Source: Klebsormidium nitens
Lineage: Eukaryota; Plantae; Klebsormidiophyceae
DNA length: 56,110 nucleotides
Direction: 5' to 3'
NCBI GenBank assembly: GCA_000708835.1
Contig: DF237530.1
Location: 1 to 56,110 of the forward strand
Shown here: positions 1 to 11,700 of the stretch, piece by piece
Numbering within the stretch: position 1 is the first letter of the stretch
Layout of the letters: every line of letters begins with the position of its first letter
Notes under the pieces: generated by a model
What the model was told of the DNA's origin: nothing
Database searches by the model: none
Seen by the model: the letters and a program-made list of their open reading frames with translations, nothing else
Translations under genes and position numbers: made by a program

Positions 1-139
1 CGTCACATAACCACCGCCGTTTCGCTAACTCGCGGTCAACGAAATCCTGTCGAGAACGAGGTTAGGCTTAACCAGTCGTAATCGTTACACAGCGGCAGGG
101 GTACCTGGTGCTGGTACACCTGGTGGTAAAAATCTCAGA

Positions 140-1024
140 TTGAAGTTTTCAGAGGTCTATGATGGTTCGTCCACCGCAGGTGCAGTGGAGAACTTCATTT
201 TCGACTGTGAGATGTACTTTCAGGGGATGGAGACACCTGTTGATAAGCAGGTTTATCTTGCTGCTAGTTTGTTAACCGGGAGTGCAAAGTCTTGGTGGCG
301 GTACACCTGCCTGGCCCATGGGGGCAACGAGACTTTGTACTCTTGGGATGCATTCTCTGACGAGCTCTTGTCCCGGTTCCGAGCTGTTAACTCCACACGC
401 CATGCCAGAGATAAGCTTGCGGGTCTTAGGCAGGACGGCAGTGTCAGGACGTATGCTCAAACCATGCAAGAGTTATCACTGCAGGTACCCGGTATCCAGG
501 ACGAGGAGCTCCTGGACCGGTTCATCCGCGGCCTCAAACCCCGCACACGCCAGGAAGTTATCATGCGTGAGCCCGAAACCTTCGAGGAAGCGGTTAAGCT
601 TGCTCACCGCTATGACTCGTTGTGGGGCTCTGCTGGGTTACAGTCTGGTTTTGCACGACCTACATTTGCATCTAATGGGGTGCGGACCTCCAGGGCCCAA
701 ACCCCTCTCAGCTTCTCTAACCCCGCGCCCATCAGGTCAGCTAACCCTAGTGGGACGGGCCCCGTCCCTATGGAGATCGACGCGCTTCGGCGCAAATCCA
801 GGGCACCACTAAACCAAACCGAGCGAGCGCGCTTGGTCAAGGTTGGCGGGTGCTTCTACTGCAGGCAACCGGGGCACTTGATCGCCGAGTGTCCCAATAA
901 ACCCCCTGTGCAGAGAACGGTCGCCCAAGTCGAGCGACTGGCAGCTGATCCTACCGAGCACCCCGACCTCATCGACTTCGGGCACGAGGAGCCTAGGTGC
1001 TCGGAAAACTCTCTGCCCCAGTAG
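140..1024 (+). CDS. gag: Retrotransposon Gag (capsid plus CCHC zinc knuckle); true N-terminus is upstream
   Basis: Retrotrans_gag-like core (LLTGSAKSWW...WDAFSDELLSRF), PVPMEID motif and zinc knuckle CFYCRQPGHLIAEC. The frame is open back to position 29; the listed start is a TTG. Confidence 0.92.
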   Translation: MKFSEVYDGSSTAGAVENFIFDCEMYFQGMETPVDKQVYLAASLLTGSAKSWWRYTCLAHGGNETLYSWDAFSDELLSRFRAVNSTRHARDKLAGLRQDGSVRTYAQTMQELSLQVPGIQDEELLDRFIRGLKPRTRQEVIMREPETFEEAVKLAHRYDSLWGSAGLQSGFARPTFASNGVRTSRAQTPLSFSNPAPIRSANPSGTGPVPMEIDALRRKSRAPLNQTERARLVKVGGCFYCRQPGHLIAECPNKPPVQRTVAQVERLAADPTEHPDLIDFGHEEPRCSENSLPQ

Positions 1025-4000
1025 ACGGCCCTGGGACATCTACTGGCGGCGAGCCTGAAGAAGATAAGTCTTCTTCTCCCAGGGGTCGTCCTAAACCGGG
1101 GGACTTTAATGCCCCGAAATCTTCGCGCTTGATTTACCTGCGTGGCACTGTTTCCGGTCAGTCATGTAGGGTGTTGCTAGATTGTGGGTCATCTGATAAT
1201 TGCATGTCTGCGTCATTTGCCGCTCGTGTAGTAGGGATTGAAACTGCTGACGTGTCTGACGGTTCCGGCGTGCGTTTGGCCGACGGTTCGTACCGACCGG
1301 TACAACGTACTGTCAATGCTGTACCATTTTCTGTCGGTTCCGAGTACTCAGAGGGCTTGCATTTCACAGTCGCAGACATAACATACGACGTCATTTTGGG
1401 TTTGCCTTGGCTTGAGTCGGGGAATTAGAAAGTCGACTGGAAAAAGCGCCATATCTCCTTTGTCCATAATGCTTGCCCTGTAACGCTGGAGGCCGGAAGG
1501 CCGTCGAAACGGGCTTTAAAGCAGGAGTATGGCGACCGGCTGCTTAACTCGGTCCAAATGAAGAAAATTATAAAGAAAAAGCAACCGGTGTTCCAGGTCT
1601 TCCCCAACGTTACCCCTGACATGGCCCATAACCTGGCGGCTGAGTCTGAACGCTGCGAGAAATTACGAGCTGATTCGCTGATGTTTTCCCTCAGGACCTC
1701 CCGGCACACCTTCCGCCCGACCGGGGCATGCCTTTCCACATCGAAACCCTGCCGGGCACCACCCCGGTCAATCGCCCCATCTACCGGCTGTCCCCAACCG
1801 AGCTGGATGAGCTTCGTCGCACCCTCGACGACTTGCTCGCCAAGGGGTTCATTCGCCCCAGCTCGTCCCCGTGGGGCGCCCCGGTCCTCTTCGCCCCGAA
1901 GAAGGACGGAGGCCTCCGATTCTGCATTGACTACCGGGGACTCAATAAGCGGACGGTTAAAAATGCGTATCCCCTGCCGCGTGCTGACGATCTTATTGAC
2001 CAGTTGCATGGCGCAAATATTTTCTCTAAAATCGACTTGCGCTCTGGATATTGGCAAATTCCGATCAGTGCAGAGGACGTCACAAAAACTGCTCTCCGCA
2101 CCCGGTACGGTCACTTTGAGTAGCTTGTTCTTCCCTTTGGTCTGACCAATGCCCCGACAGCTTTCATGGACTTAATGCACAAAATCTTCGCGGATCTGCT
2201 GGATAAGGGCGTGGTCATTTTCTTGGACGATATTCTAATATACTCTAATTCTGCAGACGAGCACGAGAGGCTTCTTCGGGAGGTGTTCACACGCCTCCGC
2301 GCCCACAAGCTGTACGCCAAGGAGTCAAAGTGTGAATTGTGGCGAACCGAGGTAACATTCCTCGGTCACGTCATAAATGAGCACGGCGTTTCCATGGAGT
2401 CGTGCAAGGTCGAGGCCATTTCACAGTGGCCCCGGCCTGCTGACCCTGGCGATATTCGGTCGTTTCTTGGTCTTGCTGGGTTTTATCGGCGATTTATTCG
2501 TAGGTTTGCCCACCTTGCTACTCCACTCACAGACCTTTTGCAAAAGGGGTGCAAATTCGAGTGGACTGATAAATGCGAGCACGCATTCCAGTCCCTCAAA
2601 TTTGCACTACTCACGCACCCATCCTACGGCCATTTGACCCTGCTCTGCCCTGTACGGTCGATCTCGACGCCTCTGATTTCGCGATTGGAGCGGTTCTTTT
2701 GCAGACCTCCGGTACAAACCGCGACCTTCTACCGGTCGCGTTCGAGAGCAAGCGGCTCAACCGGGCGGAACGCAACTACTCTGCGCGCGACCGCGAGCAA
2801 CTCGCAGTCGTGCATGCGACGCACAAGTGGCGTCATTATCTCCTTGGCCAACCGGTCACCGTCCGTACTGACCACCGCCCACTCCTCTTCCCTCTCAGGC
2901 TGGAGTTCATGAAGTCCCGCCACCACCGGTGGGAGGAACAATTGAACCAGTTTAATCTTACCCTCACCTACCGTGAGGGGCGACTTAACACTGTTCCTGA
3001 CGCTCTCTCATGCAGACCAGACCACAAATCCCCACCACCTGCTGACCAACCTACGCTAGCTGCAGTGTCAAGCATCGGGCCCGACCCCGACTTCTTGGCG
3101 GCTGTGCGCACCGCCAACTTGACCGACCCGTACGCACGGATGGTCATTGGCCGGTTAACACTGGCCGATACCGCCTATGCACAGTTTTCCCTAACCGACG
3201 GTCTCTTGTACTGCTCCGATCGTCTGTACATCCCTCCTGTACCTGCGCTGCGGTCTCTTGTACTTGACACGAATCACGATTGTACGGTTTCCGGACATTT
3301 CGGAATGGACAAGTCTGAGGAACTAACCACACGTTCCTTTTTCTGGCCGGACATGCAGCAAGATATCCGGCAGTACGTCCAAAGCTGCGACAAGTGTCAA
3401 CGCAACAAACCATCCAACCGTGTACCAGCCGGACCGCTTCGCCCCCTGCCCATTCCTACCGCCCCTTGGGAACACATTTCGATGGACTTAGTCGTCGAAC
3501 TTCCCAAAACACCTCGCGGTCATACCGCAATTGCTGTGTTCATCGATCGACTAACTAAACAGGTCTTGATTGCTCCACTGACTTCTGACACCACTGCACC
3601 CTCTGTTGCTCGGGTATACTTCGACACTGTGTTCCGGCACAAGGGTTTATCCCGGGTCATTGTGAGCGACAGAGACCCGAGGTTTACCTCGAACTTCTGA
3701 CGCACCCTCTTCAAACTACTCGGTACTAAACTCTCGTTTTCCACCGCCTTCCATCCACAGACCGATGGCCAAACCGAGCGTATCAACCGGGTCATCGAAG
3801 AAGTCCTCCGTGCCTACGTCTCAGCCCGTCACACCGACTGAGACACCCTCCTCACCCCGGTTGAATTCGCCATCAACAACTCCATCCAAGCTTCCACCGG
3901 TCACTCACCATTCTACCTCAACTCCGAACGCCACCCCCTTACCCCGAGCACCCTTTACAAACCTCCACCCTCCGATATCCCGGCCGCCGACCATTTATTG

Positions 4001-4546
4001 GCGAACGTCGCCACTGCTCTCACTGACGCCAAAGCCCTTATTGCAGTCGCCCAAAACCGGCAGAAGCAATATGCGGACCGTAAGCGACGGCCGCTTATAC
4101 TTCAGCCGGGGGACCAAGTGTACCTTTCGACCGCCCACCTAACCCTCTCAGGCCGTACGCAAGTACGCAAACTCGGCCCCAAGTACACGGGGCCATTCAC
4201 CATTTTGCAGGCGGTCAACGACGTTGCGTACAAGTTGGACCTCCCCGAGCACATGCGCGTACATCCGGTTTTCCACGTATCCCTGCTCAAACCGTTCACG
4301 CCCAATGACGACCTCCGCTTCCCCGGGCGGGAAGCCCCGCCTCCACCTGCCCTTATCTCTGATAGGGACCCTGCCTTCACAATCGACCGGGTCATCGACA
4401 CCCGGGCGGTTACTCGACGAAACTCCACCCGGACCCAGTACCTGGTTACGTTCCGCGATCAACCCTTCCATGAAGCACGGTGGGTTGACTCGACCTTGGT
4501 TCAGGCTGCCCCCTCTGGCAACAACGAGGACGTTGCTGCGATTTAG
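997..4546 (+). pseudogene. pol: Disrupted Pol polyprotein (aspartic protease, RT, RNase H, integrase, chromodomain)
   Basis: Protease LLDCGSS; [26 protein letters not shown] and VIFLDDILIYS; RNase H DLDASDFAIGAVL and RTDHRPL; integrase [30 protein letters not shown]; chromodomain YLVTF..EARWV. Premature stops at 1426, 2121, 3698 and 3839; frameshifts near 1675 and 2615. Confidence 0.95.
1003..1084 (+). promoter_or_regulatory. Candidate -1 programmed ribosomal frameshift signal (G_GAA_AAC plus downstream pseudoknot)
   Basis: Pol is in the -1 frame. The overlap is confined to 997-1024 by TAG 994-996 (pol frame) and TAG 1022-1024 (gag stop). Heptamer at 1003-1009; complementary stems begin 5-8 nt downstream. 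Confidence 0.8.
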
Positions 4547-4554
4547 GGGGGGGA
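4545..4554 (+). other. Polypurine tract (PPT)
   Basis: AGGGGGGGGA run overlapping the pol stop codon, 5 nt before the LTR TG. Confidence 0.85.
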
Positions 4555-4559
4555 CTAGC

Positions 4560-4940
4560 TGTAGCACGTGGCATCATCTTATTGTATATTCTGTCGCCAC
4601 GACCCTTATAGGGTTGACGTGGCACTTCTGCACCGTTCGATGCTTGCTGTGTCGCCATTGCTTAACGGTCACTTGCTGCTTTTGACCGTTAAGTCTGCTT
4701 ATCTACGCTTGCTAGTCTTGCTTGTTATGTTATCTTGCATCTTGTGACTGAAGCTGCAGCTTTGCTGCGCTCAACTATAAAGGTGGACTTCTCCACCGTG
4801 TAAGACCTCATTCCTGGTTTCCAAGTTTGAGGCATCCAATCTCTAGCAAGTTTCTCAACTCTCGAGCTCCGCTCTTCCCGCTAAGCTCCCTACTAGTGTA
4901 TAAGTCTCCAATTTCCTTGTGAAATTAGCCTGAGATTACA
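4560..4940 (+). repeat. 3' LTR (about 381 bp)
   Basis: Begins TGTAGC right after the PPT and ends GATTACA (TGTA/TACA termini). TATAAA at 4776-4781. The right boundary is inferred without the 5' LTR; the next 5 nt (GAACC) are the predicted TSD. Confidence 0.75.
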
Positions 4941-5712
4941 GAACCGAGCACTAGCGAGTCTGAGGGCCGCCTGGCGATATGCATGCGCGGTTTGATGTTC
5001 TCTTTGCAAAATTCTATTCTAAACGAAAGATTTCTCAATTACGATTCCTACACAATGGCCAATCGAACTTGTTCCATGACATATATATGGCTTAGATTTC
5101 CTATACTCCAAGAAACGGCTTGCAATATGCTGCATGCGATAAGGTCACCGCCATCCGCGATTCGAAAGCATGCAGCATGCCAGACTAGACCTGAAGGATA
5201 TGGCTCACAACTAAACATTTAAGTCGATGGTCACTGACCTCAATTAATGGGCCCACTGCAATAAAATTATTTATCGATGGCATTTATGAGCTTTCATCTT
5301 TGGCGGCTGTCCGATGTCACCGATGGTAATTGGGCATGCAATCACGTTAACCTCCGCTGAGTGATGGGTAGGCCGGGGACGTTGGCGGCTACTTAATAAC
5401 CTTCCTCAAATACACGAGACGTTGGCTGAAATTCCATCACATTCACATAAGCAACGACAATCCTGGTATACAAGCTTCTGCTAGCACGTGAACCAATCCA
5501 TGAAGCGCATGGGCTTGCGCAATCACTGAGAGCAATTGACAACCGATTCAAAACACGAGCGAGCCTTGTACCAAAGAGTTGCGCACCATCGATGAACCGA
5601 ACCGCCATGGAGCACCTGTGCCATCAACTGCTCTAATTACAATGAAATAGAACCTCGTGCTATCTATTCGTACCTAGGAACTCAATACCTTGGTCGCAGA
5701 AAGAGTGCGAAC

Positions 5713-8700
5713 TCAAGCCAGGTTCAACTTCCTGTAAGAAGCCTGCCCGTTACCCGCTCCTTCGAGGCGACCTGGCCTTTCCTCGTAGCTTTCAGCACTA
5801 GAAGGTCGACTATCCGCGTCTTCTGCACTTGAAAGACTGTTCGGTACTTGCCGTTCAGCTTTCAAGTCCACCACTATGCACCCGGGGTTCTCCTGATAGA
5901 ACGTGTAGCCCCTCTCCCGCAAGTACTTCTGTACGGCTGGCAGAATCTTCGCCTTGCCGTTCTCGCTGTGCAGGCCCCTCCCAGTGATGATGCTCAGATA
6001 CGAAATGGCTGCAGAAAGACGCCCACAAAAGCTATCAAACTAGATAGATCTCAAGCTCCGAGAGGATTCAAAGTCGTGTACAGGGCTAATGGGTTCAGCG
6101 ACAGTCAATCCCTAAAGCAAAGCGTCTGATCTGCTGCCTTGCTGCAATGTTCGCCAGTCTAGGGTACAAAGAACGAAATCTCTTCCAGGCGACCAATTGA
6201 ACGAACCAAACAGCTTCAAGCGAAATCCGAAAACGTTCAAATCTGCACATAGTAACGAGGTTAGACCGTGAGAGAAATCAAGCACGTACTTGTGAGGTTT
6301 GAAAGGCTTTTGAGGTGGTCGTCAACATGCCCAAGCGCTTCCTGCACCAGCTGCCCGTGCACGTCGATCTTGACCGAGTTCCGGATGGTCTTGTTCCTGC
6401 AGGCCAACACACTCGGTCAGCAAAGTTCCGTCACAAGCTTGTCTCCGGCTGCACGAAGGTATGACCGGCTCAGAACAACATCGGGCTTCTGAAAAGTACG
6501 AGGATAGTTTGTACGGAGCAAATAATGCAGGAGAAGGGTGGCTGCCTCACAACAGCCTTGTACCTTCATCAGTACAACCCAGGGGGATACCCATGCTGCA
6601 AACGACAAGCGAGGCGCCTAAAGTGGTCTTGATACTCACTTTTCGGAGAAGATTTTGCTACTGGCCACCTGGTTGGCAGCCTCAGCCAGCCGCTTGTGCT
6701 TCCGGCCCTGCACAAGATTTCCGACCTCGTCAAGCTTGAAACTAGCACATGCGAGAGCTCCGGGAACAATGAACCAGGCAAACCGCGAATCCGAAGGACA
6801 GCGAGCAAGTCCAAAAAGATCTGAAACACTAAAAAACCATCACGATAGTCCGAGGCACACCCAGAAGGAGCAATGCCTCAAGTTTGCCAGAACAACCCAG
6901 ATAGACGGCTGTAACGCGATTAAGAATCAACCTGACGGCCTTCCGCTAAGTGTGCTACTGTTGGAAGGTCGGCAAGATACGTGAACGTATAAGGCAAAGC
7001 CAACGCAGCATAGCCGACCCGATCATCCAGAATGCTTGATTCCATGCGGATCAGCTCGATCGAAACGAGAAAAAAGACCGTTGTTTGGAGACGTCCAGGC
7101 GATCGAGGATCCGCATAACCAGTCACGCACCTGTTCTTTGAGGGCCTCAGCGCGACTAAACTCCCGGTTGGCCCTGGCCCTGGCAGCCTGCACAAGTCAC
7201 AACGCACGACTCCGTCAACCTGCACGCCCTTTTCAAGGCCCCGAAAATGGGATTCGAGGATGTGCAGGTGACCACCTTGGGGCAATGACGCTCTTGAACG
7301 CGTACTCGCATTTACGTTTCGCCAGAAGGACCACGTGAAGCCCAAAAGCTGACAGCGCAGCGCCACATGTTCCCAGTACCTTGGCGCAATCGCGCCGTAC
7401 TTGATGAGCAGACGGGGAGGAAAGTTGTAAAGCTCTGTTCGTAGCTCAGCGTTTGCACAGGCCAGGCGACACTCACCTCAGCGAAATAGTACTGACAGGC
7501 CCTCCAGTGCTTGTTGGTGGCAGAACGGTTTTTGAGGAAGAGGGAGTTGTGGCCTGCAAAAAGGAGGGAGGAAGGCGGCTTAGACAGGAGCACACTCACT
7601 ACAACCGAGTCGAGGAAGGCACTCTACTCTCAATAGCAAAGAACTCTTGCGGCGCACCCAAACGTCCAACCTATGCTTGTTCACAGCAAGCGGACTCAAA
7701 CCAACTTTCGTAGAAATTCTGAAGAGAAAACACTTTGGGGATCTCATCGACTCTCTGCAGACGGGTGAAGAACTACAGGACACGGGCCAACACTCACTCT
7801 CTTGGACAGGTGCTCTGTCGTCCGGGGCTTCGCTGAAAACAGGCATCTCCCTGCCAATCTCCGGAAACTCTTCAGATCTGAACAAGGGTTGAAGGTGGGC
7901 CCGCGGCTGGTGGAAGCTAGGTTCTTCGTAGTACCCCCCAGGCGGTTTGGTGCCGCTGCCGTAAGGAGGCGTCACCGGCCGAGCTCGCGTACCAGCAACT
8001 AGAGAGCCGATTTGGAAAGGTTGGTGTTGGCTAAAGTGGCTGCGCTCGCTACGCTCCGCGTACGTTGGCTGGGCCGCTTGGTGGTCGGAAAGGGAGGCGA
8101 CGTCCAGGCCCCGGGGCATGAGGCCACTGTCGTACAGCATCTTGGCAGTGTCCCTGTGAGAAATGGCCGGCGATGATGAGTTAAATCAGGCAATGAAAGT
8201 CGGCATGCTATCGGGTGGAAACTTACAGGGAGCTTGCTGGAGAATGCAAGAATCCATAACCTGCGAAACGTGTTTGCAGCAACACAAGTAGTTTTCATTG
8301 AGCGGTCTTTCACAAGGGTTGAGGAATCCAGGCTAGCTACGAACTGAATGCATCATGTAGTGGCTCTCTGCAAAAGGCTAAGGTGCGAGACACCGGGTTT
8401 TGTGAGGTAGGACTCACTCAAAAGAGTTGTTGTTGATGCGAAGAAGCGACCGTACTGCACTTTTGTCCGCAAGGGGAAAGTGGGCCATCAGCTGCTCCAC
8501 GTTGATCTGCATGGAAGAACCATGGTCGAGTCATCCAGGCGGTTCTCGGAACCCTCTTCCCGAAAACCGCAGACTGCAAAACCCTCTGCTCAAACCGCAG
8601 GTGGTTCAAGCTCAGCTCAGCTCCGCCCTACACCTTTAATTGCACCACAAGAAAGCTTCAAACACAGATTATTCCGCTTTGTGCATTGCCCTTAAGACTG

Positions 8701-11700
8701 TCAACCGTGACCTGAGGAGGCAATCAACCACCAAAATTCAGCATGAACCAACTTGCGACCTGAGCACAGACTTCTTCCACACGGTGGGACAAACAAGAAC
8801 GAGCCCTGAGGACGAAGACAATTGGGAAAGACACTTGCCCAACTCAAGCTGAGGCGATGCTGAGTAATCATTCACTGTGAACTCGACGACATTTGTTCTC
8901 ACTTTAGTAGGATCTTCCGAATCATCCTCTTCTACGACGGGTTCATCCTCCACAAGCTGCAATCTTGCAAGGTCATCTCCACTGCTTGCTCCCGTCTCGG
9001 ACTCGAACATGGCCATCAGGACCGTCGCCGCATCTCCAACGTTCCCGCCTTTCTCCTGCAAGAAAAACAGACAATCCAATTCGGGGGAGAGTTGTCATCA
9101 TGGGAGCGCAGTTGGGCCCAAGAAACGAAGCACCCTCGCAACTTCCAGTAGTAGTGTTGCAGAGTAAGAAGTCCTGCGGATAAAGTCCCCACAAAGCAGC
9201 TTTCACTTTTGGCTGGACGTTGTCTGCATGGTCAACGTAGTGTCGACATCCTGCAACATCAGAAGCGTGGAAAAAGTTGGCATAATCCATCACAGGCAAC
9301 TGCGACTGACAACACAATTTTGGCTACTAATGAAAGCTTTCGACTGCAAACATCACAAAAGCATCCCGCAACAACTGAGACATTCCTTGCGAAAACGACG
9401 ACCCAATCACACTAACTTAGCGAACATACCTTCAGAACTTGATGAATCGTTTCTTTCTTGTCAGCTCCGAAAATGTTCAAAAGAGTTGTCCCTGGATCCT
9501 CCTCTTCGCCATCTGAGCTGGGCCTACTTGGACTCTCAGAAAGATCCCCAGCCCCATCTGAACCGTCCACCATCGCGCCAAACTCCTCCCCGATCAGGCC
9601 CCCCTCAGATCCAGCAGACATGCTGAGTAGACACTTCATACTTTGCTGAAAGTCCCCTTTCAGGTTTTCTGCAGCAAAGGATATAGAGGAACCTCATAAT
9701 TCATCGCAGAAGATAACACCAGATGTGGCCTGCTAAATAGCAGACGAACTGCATACTCAACATCGAATTTGCTTTGGTTCGGGCTACTATTACGCAAGTC
9801 CACAATGACTGGACATCAACAGTTGCAAAGCTTCGCGCTGCTGAGACAGCAGCTTTACCTGCTTTCAGACATATCTCGTCCTAAGTTTCTGATACCTCAG
9901 CACCAAGCCGCGCTCAATGCAACAGCAATCACCAACCTCCGCTTTTCCGCTGACTATAAGCTCTTTCCAACTTAGCAGTGTCGAGCAACATCACTAGCTT
10001 GCCACTGATAACAGTGCACTGCAAAACAACCACTTTGACCAACCTCCAGTGAGTACCGAATGAAAATTCTGTTCGCACTCACCTATGACGTCTGCCACCA
10101 CGGCCACAGGCACACTTCCCCCCAGCATTGACACCATGAAGTCCACCATGTCCCTCCTGGTATTCTTTGCCTCATCATCGCTGCTGCTGCTGCTGCTTGT
10201 CGTCCCTGTCACCCGCCTAACATCTTTCTTGCCCTTCTTCCGGGATCTGGGGCTGGTGGCAGGACTTGTCACCGAACTACTGAGAGGTGACGTGCCACGA
10301 GAGCTGCTGGTGGCGGTCATAGGTGAGACTAGCTGACCTCGAGAGGCTGTCGGGTGCTCTGAATCGGAATCATCCTCTGTGAACGGGTTGGGATGTTGGC
10401 GCGAGGGGACTAGGTTGTGTTTCGGACCAGGATCAGGATTTGCACCCTTATCATGCAGCAGATTATCCTGGAAAGAGTCTAAAGACTTTTCTGGCTTGCC
10501 TGAAGAAGGTGGCTTGCCTTCCCAGGAGATAGGAGCGAAAGTTGAGCAATCTTTTAATGCTGCTGTGCCTTCTATCGTATTCAACGTAGCTTCCTTTGTT
10601 TGACAGAGGGCTTCTGCAGCTTTGTTGGCATCTGACTCTGAATCTATGTATGCTTTGCAGATGACACTGTCTGCAACGTCTGGAAACATGGCTTTCAGCT
10701 GCCTGAGAACTTCTGCCTCACCATCCTCTGGAAGATCACTTCTGATTGTTTCAAACGTCTCTGTCGATTTGCTAAGCGACTCCTTGGGTGGGTCATGAGT
10801 TGCTACTGCGTTCGTCTCCAAAACTATTCTATCAATAAGGACCTTTGGACTGTAAGGCCTCTTGCCTTCTTCTTTACCTGCCCCTATTGCGATTCTCGGG
10901 GCATAAGGTCTCAGTGTTGTCTTGCCTTTGACAGCCTGCAATGTTGACCGCCCCAGTGCTGGATCCCTATTCTCAACTGTCAAGTCACCATACCCCGCGG
11001 ATGAGTTCCACAGGGGCTCTTTGGCCCAATTTTCGCCGAGAATTGCTGCCATTGCTTGCGCACCTGGCTCCTTCGCTGCTTCTTGCTCATTCAACGCCTT
11101 TGGGGAGTCTTCACGGGAGGCAGTCTCAGGCGGTGTCCAATCTGTACCCCAACTAGCAACCAAAGATCCCTCTGACTGAGCTGGAGGCATCTCGGTCCCT
11201 CTAGGAACAGGTGCAGTCGATTGGACTGGTATGTCGTCCCAGAAACCCAGTCCAGAACCAGTGCTAATCGTGTTGCTCTGAACAAGGGGGGGAGGGGCCC
11301 CCCACTCAGCTGCGACTGCTGGATCGATAGTCTCCCACCCACTCTCAGCATCCCAGCATCCACTGTCCGCGGTCTCTACCTGCAACCTTTCGTTGCTGAC
11401 TGAACGCTGCACCTTCTGATCCGCCAAAGATGCAGCAATTGCCATGTCCATAGCAACGTTGTCATCCACACAGTTGCTAGACGGACTCCCCAACTGCTTC
11501 GCCATCGGATGTATGGATCCTTGGGGAGAACTGCGGAAACTTGCAACCCAGGGTCAGACAGCCATCAATCATACGTTGCTATTGCCTTTACCACTGTGGC
11601 CCAAGCAATATTGCAAGAAACATCTTTCTAAGGGTCAGCAATGCTGGCCACTTGTCAGCTCTAAACTGCGGCAAAGACAAAGTCCATCTGAAACCTATGC

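Larger units (their letters stand above)
1..4940 (+). mobile_element. Ty3/gypsy chromovirus LTR retrotransposon; 5' LTR and gag start lie outside or at the edge of the window; decayed and non-autonomous
   Basis: Domain order gag-PR-RT-RH-IN-chromodomain, followed by a PPT and a TGTA...TACA LTR. Integrase after RNase H defines Ty3/gypsy, and the C-terminal chromodomain defines a chromovirus. Confidence 0.97.

Noticed and set aside
1425-2114. 229-aa minus-strand ORF (and 4102-4567 ORFs)
   Set aside because: Antisense shadows of GC-rich pol with no recognisable motifs.
4400-4560. Extra cargo ORF (for example a DNA methyltransferase or env-like gene) in the retrotransposon
   Set aside because: The pol stop overlaps the PPT and the LTR follows at once, so there is no room for a 3' cargo ORF. 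The 5' region is outside the window.
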